Assembly (NCBI GenBank): GCA_000697335.1
Contig: JNEM01012590.1
Span: 1-52,292, forward strand
Direction of reading: 5' to 3'
From: Conidiobolus incongruus B7586
Lineage: Eukaryota
DNA length: 52,292 bases
Below, piece by piece: positions 37,060-51,867 of the stretch (position 1 is its first letter; the number at the start of each line of letters is the position of its first letter). The translations under genes and the position numbers were made by a program. The notes below the pieces were generated by a model. That model saw only the letters and a list, made by a program, of their open reading frames with translations, was not told the origin of the DNA and made no database searches.

Positions 37060-38133
37060 ATGGGTAGATTAGATGGTAAAGTTGCTATTGTCACTGGTGC
37101 TGGAAGGTAATACAAATAATTTAACAAATAAATCATTGAGTATAATATTGGATTGCCTTTAGTGGTATTGGTTTCCAAACCGCTTGCGTTTTCGCTCAGG
37201 AGGGAGCTAAAGTAACACTTGGAGATATTAGCACCGAAGCTTTAGATAAAGTTGCCAATTTCTTAACTAAGGAATTCCCTAACACTTCAGTGTTGAAGGT
37301 CAAGTGTGATGTTTCCAAAGAAGAGCAAGTTAAAAATTTGGTTGAAAAAACTGTTGAAAAATTCGGTAAGTTGGACGTTATCTTCAACAACGCCGGTATT
37401 ATGCATCCCAAGGACGATAATGCCCTTAATACCCCTATGAATATCTGGGACTTAACTCACGATATTAACGTTAAGGGTGTCTTCTACGGTTGTAAATACG
37501 CTATCCAAGCTATGTTGAAGAATCCTAACGGTGGTTCTATTATCAATACCGCTAGTTTTGTTGCTGTTGTTGGTGCTGCTACTCCTCAAATTGCTTGTAT
37601 GTCATTATTGTATAGATATTTTGTATGCTTCACTTTGTTAATATAATTTATTTTTTAGATACTGCTTCTAAGGGTGCTGTATTGGCTATGACGTAAATAC
37701 TTTCAACTTGATATTATAAAATATAATAGCTAATAGATTGTTTAGCCGTGAGTTAGCTGTTGTCCACGCTAAAGACAATATCAGAGTCAATAATTTATGT
37801 CCTGGGCCTATTAGAACTCCTCTTCTCATGGACTTTTTGAACACTGACGAAAAGAAGAACCGTCGTTTAGTCCATGTACCTATGGGCAGGTTTGGTAATA
37901 TTATCTACTTTAAAAGTATTTGATCTATATGAAACTAACGACATAATTCATTTTATTTAGGTGAGGCTATTGAACAAGCTAAAGCTGTTTTATTCTTAGC
38001 CTCTGACGAATCCTCTTATGTCACAGGTACTGATTTAATGGTTGATGGCGGTCTTAGTGCCGCTTATGTTACTCCCCTCGGAGAACCTAAAGTCGCTCCT
38101 CCCAAAGGATTTGAATTAAAGACAAAATTATAA
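37060..38133 (+). CDS. Classical short-chain dehydrogenase/reductase, 5 exons (37060-37106, 37163-37596, 37659-37692, 37746-37894, 37961-38133)
   Basis: Spliced [19 protein letters not shown] (TGxxxGxG), FNNAGI, INTAS, YTASKG (YxxxK), [21 protein letters not shown]; ends LKTKL. Confidence 0.9.
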
Positions 38134-38385
38134 ACTCCTTATCCTCGATAAAATTTATTTGTATTATTTTTTCATGCTAAATGTTTTATATCTTCTATTT
38201 AATATTGTATATTTTAATGTAATATTCGAATCTCTATAGCGCTGATATAGTTATACGTATAAGACGATTTATTATTAAAATTTTAGAACTGAATAATAAT
38301 TTTAATAGTTTTCAAAATTATTTTTTTATTACATTTGGTTTAAATTGGTATCAATATATATTCTATAATGTTCAAAAGAATCATT

Positions 38386-38971
38386 AGTTGATATATGAGT
38401 AAGATATCAATATTCATTTCAAATAAAGTTTCAGCGCTTATCAAAGAATAAGGATATATATTAAAAACATATAATGATTATATACACTTACTATCAAATA
38501 AAAATTTAAAACAACTGAATATTAACAGTATTATCAATTCAATAATACACTTTTATATATCTAATATGATATGATATGCGTATAATAATTTATAGCTATT
38601 TAAAAGATATGAGGCGATAGTCAAGACAGATTTTTTCATTTATCATCAGTCATTTTACTCTTTTTTTACAATCAAGTTAGAGTTTATTATTCTTAATGCA
38701 TTTATTTAATTCATTGGTCAATTTTTGGGAATTGGCCAATCAATTGAACAATATGATCTTAAACCAATGGAACACTGATATAGCTTGATTTTTCACTATT
38801 TTTTTGATTTATATATTGTATAATAGGCATACCAAATGTCAAAATATTTTTGCACAATCCATTCAAGCTGTATGATTGATCAGATGCACCCAAGGAGAAT
38901 TGAACCAAGATCAATCAAATGAATATAGATTATAATGCCAACTCAACTAAGCAACTCAATTTTATAGGTAA
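38386..38971 (-). repeat. ~585-bp repeat, copy 2, with a tRNA-like A/B-box head
   Basis: Inverted copy of 29231-29815. On the minus strand TAGTTGAGTTGG (A-box-like) is followed 31 nt later by GGTTCAATTC (B box). Confidence 0.9.
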
Positions 38972-41064
38972 CTAATTTAGGGTTTATTAATTATGTTTAT
39001 TTTAATATCATAGTTATCGCAATTTAATATTAAAATTTTCTTGCAATATTAATTTTTATTATATAAATAATATTGAAATATATTTTATAATATAATACTA
39101 AATTAATTAAACATTTAAATTGAGATTAATTTATGTTAATATTAATTTTAATTTTGTGATTGTAAAAAATCTATTAACAATTTAAAATCATTAATGTTTA
39201 TACAAGTTCTATAATCAACACCTACGATATTACTGAATTAACTTGAATATTTACAATGCAATTTGATGCTACATAAAACTAAAATATTTCAGATGTTTAA
39301 ATCATAAAACATTGTTTAATAATATTCAATTATAAGATTGAATTGGTTATGGAAAAATAAAATAAAATTTAATTATATTTTTAACTTAATATTAGTACAT
39401 CAAGTTAATATTTCAAAATTATTTAATTATAAATAATATTAGTTGATAAAATAAAGACTAATATTTAACTAAAATGGATCATTTAAAATTTTAAATATAT
39501 TAAAATATGATATGAATAAAATATTGAAAATTTTACTTAAAAACTGATTACATTTTTGATCAATACAAAATATTAGATTAATTGTTTTTAATTTATAAAC
39601 TAGTAATAATTGAATACTTTTCAAACAACACATGATAAAATTATACAGTTTATTGATAATTGTAATCGTGCATTTAATCTAATTCACTTAGTCATGCAAT
39701 TATTATTTTATGGGTTTTCTCACAGCTTCTCATAATAGTCAAAATTCCCATCACCTCAATATCACAATTTAATATAAATATATGTTTTTGAAGCTTCCCA
39801 ATTATTTCCGAGTTGTAGTTTAAAAATTTAATGTGAATAGTATATGATTTTTTAAAACAATTACATAATATGATATTTTACTTTTGTCATTGATATATAC
39901 AAATCTAAATTTTAGATTTTAAATTTTAAAATTTAATCTATGATGTATATTTTGAAAAATGAACATATAAAATTAGTTATATAATATAGTTTTACTAATC
40001 TTGAATTATAATAGCGTATATTGAAGGCGTACTATAGACCCAATATTTGTAAAAATGCTAACGCAGCTCAAGGATTGTATTTATCAAAACTGATAATTCA
40101 TAATTAGAAAATTTATCCTTCAACAATTAATTAACTCATGTCAATTAATAACTTGCAGAAAATTTTTAAAAACAGAAAAACCCTATAATTATTACCCAAA
40201 ATTTATAAATTTGATAAAAAAATGTTAAAACTAGTAGTAATTAATTTTTAATACTTAAAATTATCGAATTGAGCTGATTAATAATAGGGGGTAGTGATAA
40301 ACTATGTCAACCTTTTTAAACTATATCAATTTTGAGTTTTAACCTATTAATTTAACATGACATTTGCAAAGGGTAATATCTGTTCCCATTCTGTTTAAAC
40401 TTAATGATTCAAATATACAAACAAATATATATATTTATAAATTTATCAATATTAACTAGAACATAAATTTTAATTCAGCTTTTTCTTTATATTACAACCC
40501 CCCGAAATTTTCTACAAATATCTGTTTACCTAATAAATATTAAAAATTTTATAATAATAATAATATAGTAATATAATAATATATTACTTTAAAATAATTT
40601 TAATGAAACTTGGGAAATTTAGTCTACATTTAATATTTAATCTAGAAATATTCATCAAGTATAAAGATCCTCGCAAATGAGATTATCACACAAATTATAA
40701 TTATTAAATCAATTACCAAATTTGGTAAATTAGAATTAATCTCTCTCCCCTTTGAATTGCTTATGGCCAACATTAGGGAGCGATTGAATCGAGGTATATA
40801 AACTCACACTCTTCATTGAAATAATAGATTTAGTGTTTTTTGATCAAGTTTTATTTTATTTGGTAATATTCTTGAATTTTTAATAAGTTCTACCAAATTG
40901 AATCAAGATTATAATAGCAGTCCCTTCTCCTCCATCCCCATCACTCCTTTTAATTTTAAATTGATAAGAAAACCTGGTTAAAATTTATTAAAGGCTTTAA
41001 TTAAATTAAAAAAGTTTTTTTAATTGGTTTGTATTTTTATTGCTGTTATTTTGTTGAGTTTTGA

Positions 41065-43561
41065 ATGGTTTCCGGGATTGAATCCACCACAATGGGTAAT
41101 AATATATTTGTATTATTGATGAATTGTGAGATTAACTTGGTATGAATAGAAGTCAATACTCATAATCATCCAATGATCTGGAATAAATTAAAAACTGTGA
41201 AACAGTCTTTAATATCGCCCATTACTAATTCTTTAAAGCATGTTGTTAAAAAGCCGAAGAAATCCATACTACCATCCTATTGTAATATTAATATCAATAT
41301 ACAATGTTCACTAAATTAACGTATGATTTAGCATTCGCTTGCTTCTATAACTCTCCAGACAATCTGTGGCACTATGGACATCTTATGATAAATATAGATC
41401 ACTTACTATTCCATACCAAGGGTAAAGCTATCAAACAGCAAAATATCAACTTGGATTTTAGCTGGGATCAAATTCATCATTTTCGAAAAGTTCAAGCGTC
41501 TAATAAACCTAGTTTTAGTAAGGGAATAGAGTGGTTAGATGGAATGGATCGTGTAAGTGGTGAATATCATATTTATTTGATTTGATATTAATATTATTTT
41601 TAGCACTTGTTCATATTTATCCAAGACAGAGACAAAGTTTGGGAGAAGATGAATAAAGTGGCAGTATTAGCAAATTATAAAAGTTGGTGCAATACTGATG
41701 AAAATAGATCTGGTTTCGGTTTAATCGAAAATTGTGCTCAGAGAGTAATTTATTACTAGTTGATTCATGTATATGCTACGGTATTAATGGGTGTGATTAT
41801 TGTAGGCACTAACAGATTACAGTATTAATAATCTCAGATCTTATAATATTGGGTCGCCACAAGGAGTGTCGCCACGAAATTCATGCTCAGATAGATATTC
41901 CACAATGTCAGGTAACCTTGAGTGGGGATTATCCCTTAACTTACTAAAACGGAAACCAATTTTAGATCCTAATTCTCCAACCCTAGTCAACCAGGAAACT
42001 ATTTATGAATTACACAAGTAATGGGAATTTACTGCATATTGATCAATCATCATGTTATCTTAATGTTTCAAATTGAATATTTTTTGTTTATTTATATTAT
42101 TTTAGATTGTTTCATTTAACAATCATAACTTATGATTTTTTAATATGATTTAATCATTCATTATAATCAATATAATCAATATAATGAATTAAAGTGATAT
42201 TTGATTATTGATCAATATAGCAATCTTAAAATTTTGAGATAATTGTTACTTACTGCAAAATTTTTAGTTTCCATGGGAGAGGATTTACACTAGACGAATT
42301 AGACACATTCCAATCCACTCCCTTAACGACCTCATCGGTAACGCAGTGGGAAAAGAACAGATCCAATAATACAGTCCCAGAGATAGTGTTTCAGGATACT
42401 TTTCCGTGCAAAGTGAACGAATTATTTGATTATCTATTCGGTAACTCGAATAAATTTTCCGAACTAGCGCATATCAAACACTGTAGAAATAAACCGTTGA
42501 GCACTTTGAAGAGTCCAGTTCTTAGTGAGAAGAATCTCTATGAGTTTGAAGATGAGAATGAAAAATCCTTCTTTCCCAACAATCCACTGGCAAAATTTAA
42601 ATATAAGTCAATGATCAAGTATTCCGGATGGGTTGACAATTATAGAACCATTAGCTACCCGATTCCACTCACTTCCAGACATCCCTTACTGAAAAAGTTG
42701 TATGATAATGGTTTGATGGAATCCAGCAGTTCTGAACATTTCATCATCTTTGAAGAAAAGCAAAAGATTGATGAGAGGAAGGAAAACCATATAGTGGTCC
42801 TATCTCAGGGTATAATCAACTTGGACAAGGCACCAAGAGAATTCTATCTTAAATACACAATTGAACCAGTGCCACCATGCCATACCCAACTCACTATCAA
42901 ACTCATGATGAAAGAGGACCCTAAAACGACCAAGCTGGACCCATATTACACTAAATGGGTTGATGACTCCTTTAAAATGCTGAGCGCTCACCTTGCCCAG
43001 TATATTCTCAAATCTATTTATAAAAAATCCACAAATATTCCACCACCCCCCATATTTAGGTCAGTTACGCAACGACCTGCAAGACCAAATAGTGAATTGT
43101 TTCCATCCGCAAATAATTCTTCCGCATTCAAGCGAAATTCCGCCATTGTACATCCCGTAAGTCTCAAATATTTACCCTTCCCCGAAAAACCTCAGGCTAA
43201 TCAATCATCAAGCCATAAATTGGTGGCAAATCCGATCGATCTCTCACAACTCCTATCCTCAAATCAACACAGCCCATTGCGAACCAGATCTTTACCACCA
43301 CAATCCAGTTCGTCAGATAGTAGAACATATGTGCCCCGACTCGCAAGAACTTGCGAGAATGCGCCAACCGACGAGCGCAAGGTGATCGAGTTACAACGAA
43401 TTGATCCAATAATCAAAATGACGGAAAGATTCAAAGCAAGTTTGAACGATACTCCAAAGATTGACAGGAGTTTATCAGATAATCCAGACTCAAACTCCAA
43501 CCTTGTATTTTTATTCATATTTGCCATTGTAATATTATTATTGAAATGTTCGTATTGTTAA
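41065..43561 (+). CDS. Multi-exon GRAM-like + VASt/StART-like protein with C-terminal TM helix (possible Lam/Ltc-type lipid transfer protein)
   Basis: Spliced SFACFY...WHYGHLMINIDHLLFH and QDRDKVWEKM resemble GRAM; FQDTFPCKVNELFDYLFG resembles the VASt start; C-terminal LVFLFIFAIVILLL. Exons between ~41750 and 42270 are unresolved. Confidence 0.5.
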
Positions 43562-45399
43562 ATGAGAATAAATATTTATCAATTTAAATCGATTTAATAG
43601 TTAATAAAAATTGATTCATTTATTATTAATTTTTACAACTTTCAATTAATAAATTAAACAACTATAAAATTAAGATATAAGAATAACTGAATAGTTACAA
43701 TTTATTGTTCAATTGATTTATAGTGACAATAGTTTCATTAGAAAAGAATTGATATTAAAGTTTTGAATCTCGTTATTGATCTCTATTAAATAAGTCAATA
43801 TATCTGTTGGCAAATTCCATATATTTCAATACGCAATATTATCTTTACATCAATATTGAGTTTAACCAATTTAATTTTCTTATTCTTAAGTAAATTTAAA
43901 ATAGAGTTATATTATATTTGAATTATAAATAATATTTATAATTTGATTAGAAATATTCTATAATTTTCTTAATTTAAAATGCATTATTCTCATTTTGCTA
44001 TATTATTTGTTTTATATTTTAATCTTTATTTTTCTTTAAATTTATGAAATTTTAATTTGAACTTTGTTACCAATTAACCAAATTCTAACATTTGGTGTCG
44101 GCATACGGAAGTAATTTTGTATATCTCCTTATTACATTATTTAATTATTAGCTATATAAATTCATATAATATAATGCAATAATTTCATATCAATATCTAT
44201 ATTTTGATTGATTAAATATATATTATGATATAATTAAAACCTATTAAATAAAACATATCAGTTCTCAATTTTTATCTTTTGTTGGTCGTGAATCAGAATA
44301 TTATTGCATGTAAAAATTTGATTTTGATTTCGACAGTATATAGACTCAGAAAATATAATTTTCATTTTGGACTATTCTTAAATGTATATATTTAAAGTAT
44401 AATATCAAATTAAAAAAAATATAATTTTAATGATATTTGTTAAACAGTGTATTATTTTGAATGCCAAGAATATTATGAAATAATTTTATGAATAAGTATT
44501 GATAATTAAAATACTAGCTCAATTTAGAAATTATATCATAATAATGAACTATATTTAAGATATATAATTTGTCATTATAATATTAATATTTAGAATCATA
44601 GACAAATGGAAAAAACATACAATTCACATGTGCAATTTGGCTTTGATTCAAACGGAGATCCATTTGTGATCAGATATGTACGATTTTTCTCTATAATATG
44701 AAAATATATGTATAATTGAAATGAAAATCAATTGTAACAATTAAATCAAAAATCAAGGTCAATTAATTAACTAAAATTTTAATTTTTTTTAATTTGATAT
44801 TGATAATGATAATGAGATATTATTTCATTATATGATTTTTGAAAATTTTGTTGAAAAATAAAAGGTTAATGAAAAAATTTTTATGATTTTTGTAAGTAAA
44901 TAATAACAGTCAAGGGTAGAGGAAGCAGATCTCTCAATACTTTAAGAAATATTTGATAACTAGATCCTACAGTATTAAAGTATTAACTAATAATAAAATA
45001 TATTAATAGTTAGGCAAAAAGGTTTACTTGTGTCTCTTTGTAATATTAGAGAGAGAGAAATATATAAGCATAAGTATACATGGTTAAGTAACAGTGAGGT
45101 CACTTAGATATAGATTTGTAGATGTTGATAAGACTTAATTTGGATAATTAAGTCTTTAGTAGTGAATTAAAATGGAGGGAAAGTATCAATTAGGTAGGAA
45201 TTGTTATAATACTTATAATTTTATTTGAAATAAAATAATAACCTTTATTACAATTGAGAATTGAATTCAATATTTAATATTAATTAATATATCATTTATC
45301 AGAAGATATTATAGTTTTTATTGAGTAAAATTATTTTGTCATTTTTATATTAAATGATATTAAATTTTACTGGAAAGAAATTTGTTGTTAATATCTTTT

Positions 45400-46119
45400 A
45401 TTAGTATAAAAAATGAAAAATGGCAAATTTTTTAGTTTTTGATTTTTCAAATATATTATAAGTTTTGAAAAATTAATTATATATAAAATATATAGGAAAA
45501 TAAATATTTTCAAATTACTAATATATTCAATTATATTTATTTTTTTAACAAAATATTTTGATTTTAAAATTTATAGTTAAATTTAATTATATTATAACTA
45601 AATAGTTTTTATCAAAAGGCTTTTAATTTTATATCTTTAATTTTTAACTATAAACCTAATAAAATTGTCTAAAGCTTATAATCAGCTTATAAAGATAATA
45701 TTTTATCAAAAACTACCATATATTACTAGATTTGTAATTTTAAAACAAAAAAAATATTATTTAAAATTTATTAATATTTAAAAGATTAAATTCTATTATT
45801 GCTCTTTTACTTTCTAATAAAGAAAAAAATATATTAATAAATTTTTATTTATTTTATTTATAAAATTACCAATATAATAAAATATCAATTATTTCAATAT
45901 ATTATATACAATTATGTTTAAACTTAAATTAATCAATAAATATATAAAATAAATATCTTATAATATAAAAAACTTAAAAATAAATTAAAATAATTATAGT
46001 TAATTGAATCTTATTAAGATCTTACTATTAATAAAGATTTTTATAGCAAATACTTATAACTGATAAATTTTGAATTTTTTTATATAATATTTAATTTAAA
46101 AATAAAGATAATAAGTTAT
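45400..46119 (+). mobile_element. Hypermutated mariner-type relic, copy B, 5' part (interrupted by the LTR element)
   Basis: Colinear with ~27930-28650. SAYKDNILSKTTIYY*ICNFKTKK (HTH, 45682-45753), K*ISYN (45947-45964), ILITDKF*I with the first catalytic Asp codon GAT retained (46062-46064). Probably resumes after 52192. Confidence 0.72.
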
Positions 46120-46439
46120 TATTATATATTTATCTAATTAATCTATATATATTTACCTTTTATGTTAGTTTCTCTATAATTTATCTTTTATCCTACTTTC
46201 CCTTAAATTGATCTATTCCTATCTTAGTATAAAGGGAAAGGAAATATAACAGGGATTTATTTATCTACCTATCTATCTGTTTATTCATTTATTAATCTAT
46301 CTAATTATCTAGCTATAATATTAAATCTCTATCAAAGATTCCTAATAAAACTGTATAACTATATTCTAATCCTATAACTTACTAATAATCTAATATAATT
46401 TAATATAATTATCTTAGTTTCTAGCACTAAGATAATATA
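46120..46439 (+). repeat. 5' LTR of the chromovirus
   Basis: Gap-free direct repeat of 51868-52187; starts TATTATA where the 3' LTR has TGTCACA. Confidence 0.9.
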
Positions 46440-49400
46440 TTATAACAATAAAACTCATGTCTCTTTTATTCTAACTTAAAGTTAAGAAATAATATAATAT
46501 ATATTTTATAATCTTTTCACTAAATTTTAATCTTCTATTATATCTTTCTTTTTCTTATATTTTCTTATTTTTTCTTATCTATTCTTATCTTTTCTTATCT
46601 TCTATTTTTCTTATAACCTTTTCTCACTTCTTATATCTTTATATTTTTTATATTAATTTATCTTTACTCTCTTAATTATATTATAGTTTATTTAAATAAA
46701 ACTAATATAACTACCTATAATATTTTAACTCACATAGGGTAAAATCAAGAATATTTCTCTAATTAACACAGAGATACTTTTTATACCCTAGAAGTTCTCT
46801 TTATCAAAAATTTCTTTAATAAAAATAATAACCCAAATGATTATTTTTACCAACTAAATAATTAACAAAGAATAAACCTCTTAATCTGTTTATTTTTTAA
46901 ATATCAAAACTAAAAGAGAATAACTCTTTCTTTATCTATATACTTAACCTATAAGATTTTTTCTATAACTTTTTTTATCAAACAACTATCTAAATAATTA
47001 AAAAATTATAATGGTTTTAGAAAAGCTTAATAAATCTAAGATTGTTTAAATTTTTTGAGATATATTTTAAACATGTTTTAATAACCTTATTAGAGTAATT
47101 AGATTTAGTATTTATTTATTTATCAAGTAATTCTTAAATTTAGCTAGAAAACTACTAAAGATTATACTATTTTTCCTCCAACAAATATAATTCTAATTAT
47201 ATCAATAACTTTAAATAGTTTAAACAAAAACTAAAAGATGAATTTTACCCTTTTAACTTAGAAAATATTGCTTATCATAAATTTCTATATTTAAAACAAA
47301 CTACCACTGTTTTTAGTTATTTAAATATGTATCAACATTTTAAAAACTATCTCCCTCAACAATATTTTTTTAATTAAATTATAAACTTATTATATAAACT
47401 TAAGAAAAAAATCTATAACAAAATTAATCCTCTAGTTTCTCCCCAAAATAACTCTTTTAAACATATTATAGAGTTAATTTTAAACTATAATTTATCACAT
47501 ATTAAATCAAAAAAAATCACTTATCTTTCTTCTTATTTTTTTTAATTCCCTAATTTCATTTATTAACTTAAAATTCTAATTGAATAATTATTGATAACAT
47601 CTATACTAATAAAAAAATATTAGCTATATCCACCAAATATATTTTTTTTATATTAGAATAATATAAACATATTTTTTAAATAATAAATATACTTATTGTT
47701 ATCTATTAAATATCTTTTATGACTACTTAACTTACCTTTAAAAATCTAATTCCTTTTAACTTAAATAAAACTTTTTTAATTAAAAAAAAGAAATGGATTA
47801 ATAAGTATAAACTATCTTTATTAAGTACCTAAGCTTATTAAACTTTTTCTTTAATTAGTTATTATCCTAATTTATTAACTACTAAATTATTCTCGAACTT
47901 AACCACTATATTTAATATAATTAATAGTAATCTTAATGTATTTTTTTAACCTTACCCACTTAATATCAATAATAATAAAATCACTAAATATTATATTTTG
48001 AGCATTAATATTTAAAAATATTTAACTTAAATAAGTTTAACTCAAAATCTTTAATTGTCATTTATTGTTGTCTTATCACCTAACTTTAATAATAATCTTT
48101 TAGCTTTTCTATTAATTTTTGCTAATTTAATTTTTAATATAAAAGTGAATATCTTACTTAATACCAGTGTTACTAGTTACTTAATCAATAATTAACTAAC
48201 TTTAAAACTTAATCTTATTCTTACTGTTTTTCTTATTAAACTTACTTTAGTTGATAAATCTAAATATATTTCTATAAGTTTTATCTTAGCTTTTTTATCA
48301 CTTTTTAATTAATATACCAAATAATTTAATTTTATTATTATCTTAATATATTATAATACTATTCTAAGATTGAATTAGATAAAGTTACATTTACTTATCT
48401 TTTTAAATCAATTTTCAAAAAACACTTTCTAATTAATTTTAAGTATAATAACTAATAAATCAATTTTATTTTTGTTAATAATCTTTCTTCTAATTCCTTT
48501 TCTAATTTAATTAACCTATAACTTATTTCAACCAATAAACTATTTAATTTAAATAGCAATTATAATATTAATATTAATTTAATATTTAATTATTATATTA
48601 ATTCAATTAATTTAAATAGATTTATTTAATCAACCAATATTAATTTACTTTTAAGTATTATTTAATCTAATAACAACTTTTCTTCAATTCTAAAATTAAA
48701 ACTAAATTTAATTATCATATTATACTAATCTTTTTTAAACTATTTAAGAAAAAACTAAATTTAATCTTATTATCTTGTTTTTATTTCTTGCTTTTTAAAC
48801 AACATCTAAGCTTACTCATCAAATGTTATAATTTTATTACTTAACTACCTAATGTCTTTTTTAGTTAATTCTTATTAAGATATATTTAAACTAAAAGATT
48901 CTTTACCTTTTAAAAGAGAAGTTAAACACAAGATTAAACTACTCTCTAAATCTTAACCTTATTATTATTTCATTTATTTTATATCTATAGTAGAAAACAA
49001 AACTCTGAAAGAAACTTTGTTTTAACTTATTGATAAAGGTTTTATCTATCCTTTAACTTCACCCTAAGGTTTTCTTATTTTTTTTATCAAGAAGAAAGAT
49101 AGTAGATTATATTTTTGTATAGACTTTTAAGCTTTAAACAAAATAACTATTAAAGACAAAACACCACTATTAAATCTTTTTAAATTATGTGACTAAATTT
49201 TAAAATTTAAATTTTTCACAAAATTTAATATAAGAAATAATAATTATTATTATTATAAACCTTCACTTAATTTTATTAACTATTTTTAATATTTGTTTCA
49301 GCTATTATAAATTCATTATCTTGCTTTTTATATTATACAACGTACTTGTTATATTCACAAAACTTATAAATTCTCTTTTTTTTGAATCATAAGATATTTT

Positions 49401-51867
49401 TGTTATATTATACTTTAATGACATCTTGATATTTTTTAAAATATTTAAAGATTATCTTAACCATATTTAATATGTCTTTAATATTTTTAAGAAACACTCT
49501 CTTCTTATAAAACTATTTAAATATTATTTTAGTGTTTTTGAAGTATTTTTTTATAGTTATATTTTGTACTCTAATAGTATTAAAGTTAACCCTAAAAAAA
49601 TTACCATTTTATAATCTTAATTTATTCTAACTGATTTTAATTCCCTATAATTATTTTTAGATATAATTAATTATTTTAAAGACTTCATTAATAGATATGC
49701 TAAACTTATTTTACCTTTAACTAATCTATTCTATTAAAATATATTTTAGAATTAAAAATATCTTAAATATTTTATCTTTATATCTCTAATTAATATTGTA
49801 ACTATAACCTTAATATTAAAAAGTTTTAACTTTTCTTTACCTATTATTCTAATAATTAATGCTTTTAGTTATATCATTAGAAATTAGCTTAATTAATCTA
49901 ATTCTATATATTATAACATTAACTCTTTAAATTATCTTAAGAAGGGAGTAAATATTAAAGCTTTAATATTTAAATCAATAAACCTTTGTTTAGTTGTCTT
50001 TTACTTTTGTAAAATATCACCAGCAAAATTAAATTACCTAATTCATAAATACGAACTATTTTCTATAGTAGAATATCTTAAATATTTCTATCATTTTATA
50101 TTTAAACAATCTATTTATATCTTTACAAATTATAAATATTTTAAATATAGTTAAATAATTAACTATATTTCTTTAAACACTAAACTTTATAGGTTTAATT
50201 TTTTCAAAAATTTAATTTATATATTAGTAATATCAAAGGTTAATATAATACTTTAGCTAATTTTTTATTAAGATATATTGATTATACCCTTATTTATATT
50301 AAATATCAAAAAAATCATATAGATTTAAATTTGGTTTCTTTATAAATATTTATATCTTAAATTAAACAGCTAATTAAATTTAAATTACCTTTTGATGATT
50401 TTGTTTTTTAAATGTATGAAGACTTAAAAAAACTAAAAAACAAAAAACTATTATATATTAAAAAATTTAACTTATTAAATAGCCTTTTGTACTACACTAG
50501 TATATTATATGTCCTTAATATAAAATCAATTAAATTATAATTTCTTAAATTATATCATAATTCAAATAATCTTAAGTTATTAAAGATAGCTATATACCTT
50601 CTAAAAAACCTCAAGACACTTTTATTAACTAAAAATACAAAAAGATATTAAAAAATATATGATTTTTTATGAACAATATCAACTCAAAAAACTACTTAAT
50701 TAATATCTATATAGTCATTTAAATCTTTTACCAATTCTTATATCCTACTAAAGTAATATCTCTATAAATTTTATAGATACCCTTATAATATTTTTGAAAC
50801 TTAATTTAATCTTAGTTGTTATTGATTAACTAAGTAAAATAGTCTATTTGATCACTATAACAAAGAAAATTAATGCTTAAGATTTAGCAAAACTCTTTAT
50901 TAATCATATTTTTAAATATCATAACCTTTCTAATATCATTGTAACTAATAAAAATACTAAATTCACCTTTAAATTCTAGCAAAACCTTATAGAATTATTA
51001 AGATATAAATATAATATCTCTATTATATAATATTAAAGTTTAAATAAATAATCAGAAAAAACAATTTATATGTTAAAAGAAGTTTTTAAATTATACCTGA
51101 ACTATAATATAACTAATTAGTTTAATAACTTACCTTTATTAGAATTTACCATTAATAATTTAATTAACTCTATCATAAAAATAATATTATTCTATTTAAA
51201 CTATAGTTAGCATCTTAACTTTATCAATATTATACCATTTTTTAAAAATACTTTAGCTAATATTAATGACTTCACCACTTATATTAACTCTCTATTATTT
51301 GTTATCAAAGAAAAAATCCTTAAAGCTTAAAATAAGCAAGTTTATTATCATAACAAGAAATCTTTATCTTTTTTAAATTTTCTACCCAGTTTACTAGTTT
51401 TATTAAGTTTTAAAGACATCAATTTATCTTAACATTTAAGCTATCCAAATAAAAAATTACTACCTAAATAGTTAAGTCCTTATTTTATCAAGAATAAAAG
51501 TCTTAATTTTGATACATATAAACTTTATCTACCACCTGATTTGAAAATACATCTAATCTTCTATATCAATGTCTTTAAACTATATAAAAATTCTATTAAA
51601 GACTTTTTATCAAAAGAAACTTATTCTAAACCATTACCTATTAACTTTAATGATTTAAGTAATTATTTTATAATATATAAAATTCTTAATCATAGAAAAT
51701 ATTAAAATAAAAACCAATATCTTATTTAATAGCTTAGATACCTATTAAGAAAAGCTACCTAAGAAGATAAAATTAATATCTTTTATATACTTACCTATTA
51801 TAATTTTAAATCCAAAAAATACTATTAAAAAGAGACTATATTATATTATAGCAAAGTTTAAAAGAAT

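Noticed and set aside
39901..39920. Palindrome aaatctaaattttagattt
   Set aside because: Expected by chance in very AT-rich DNA.
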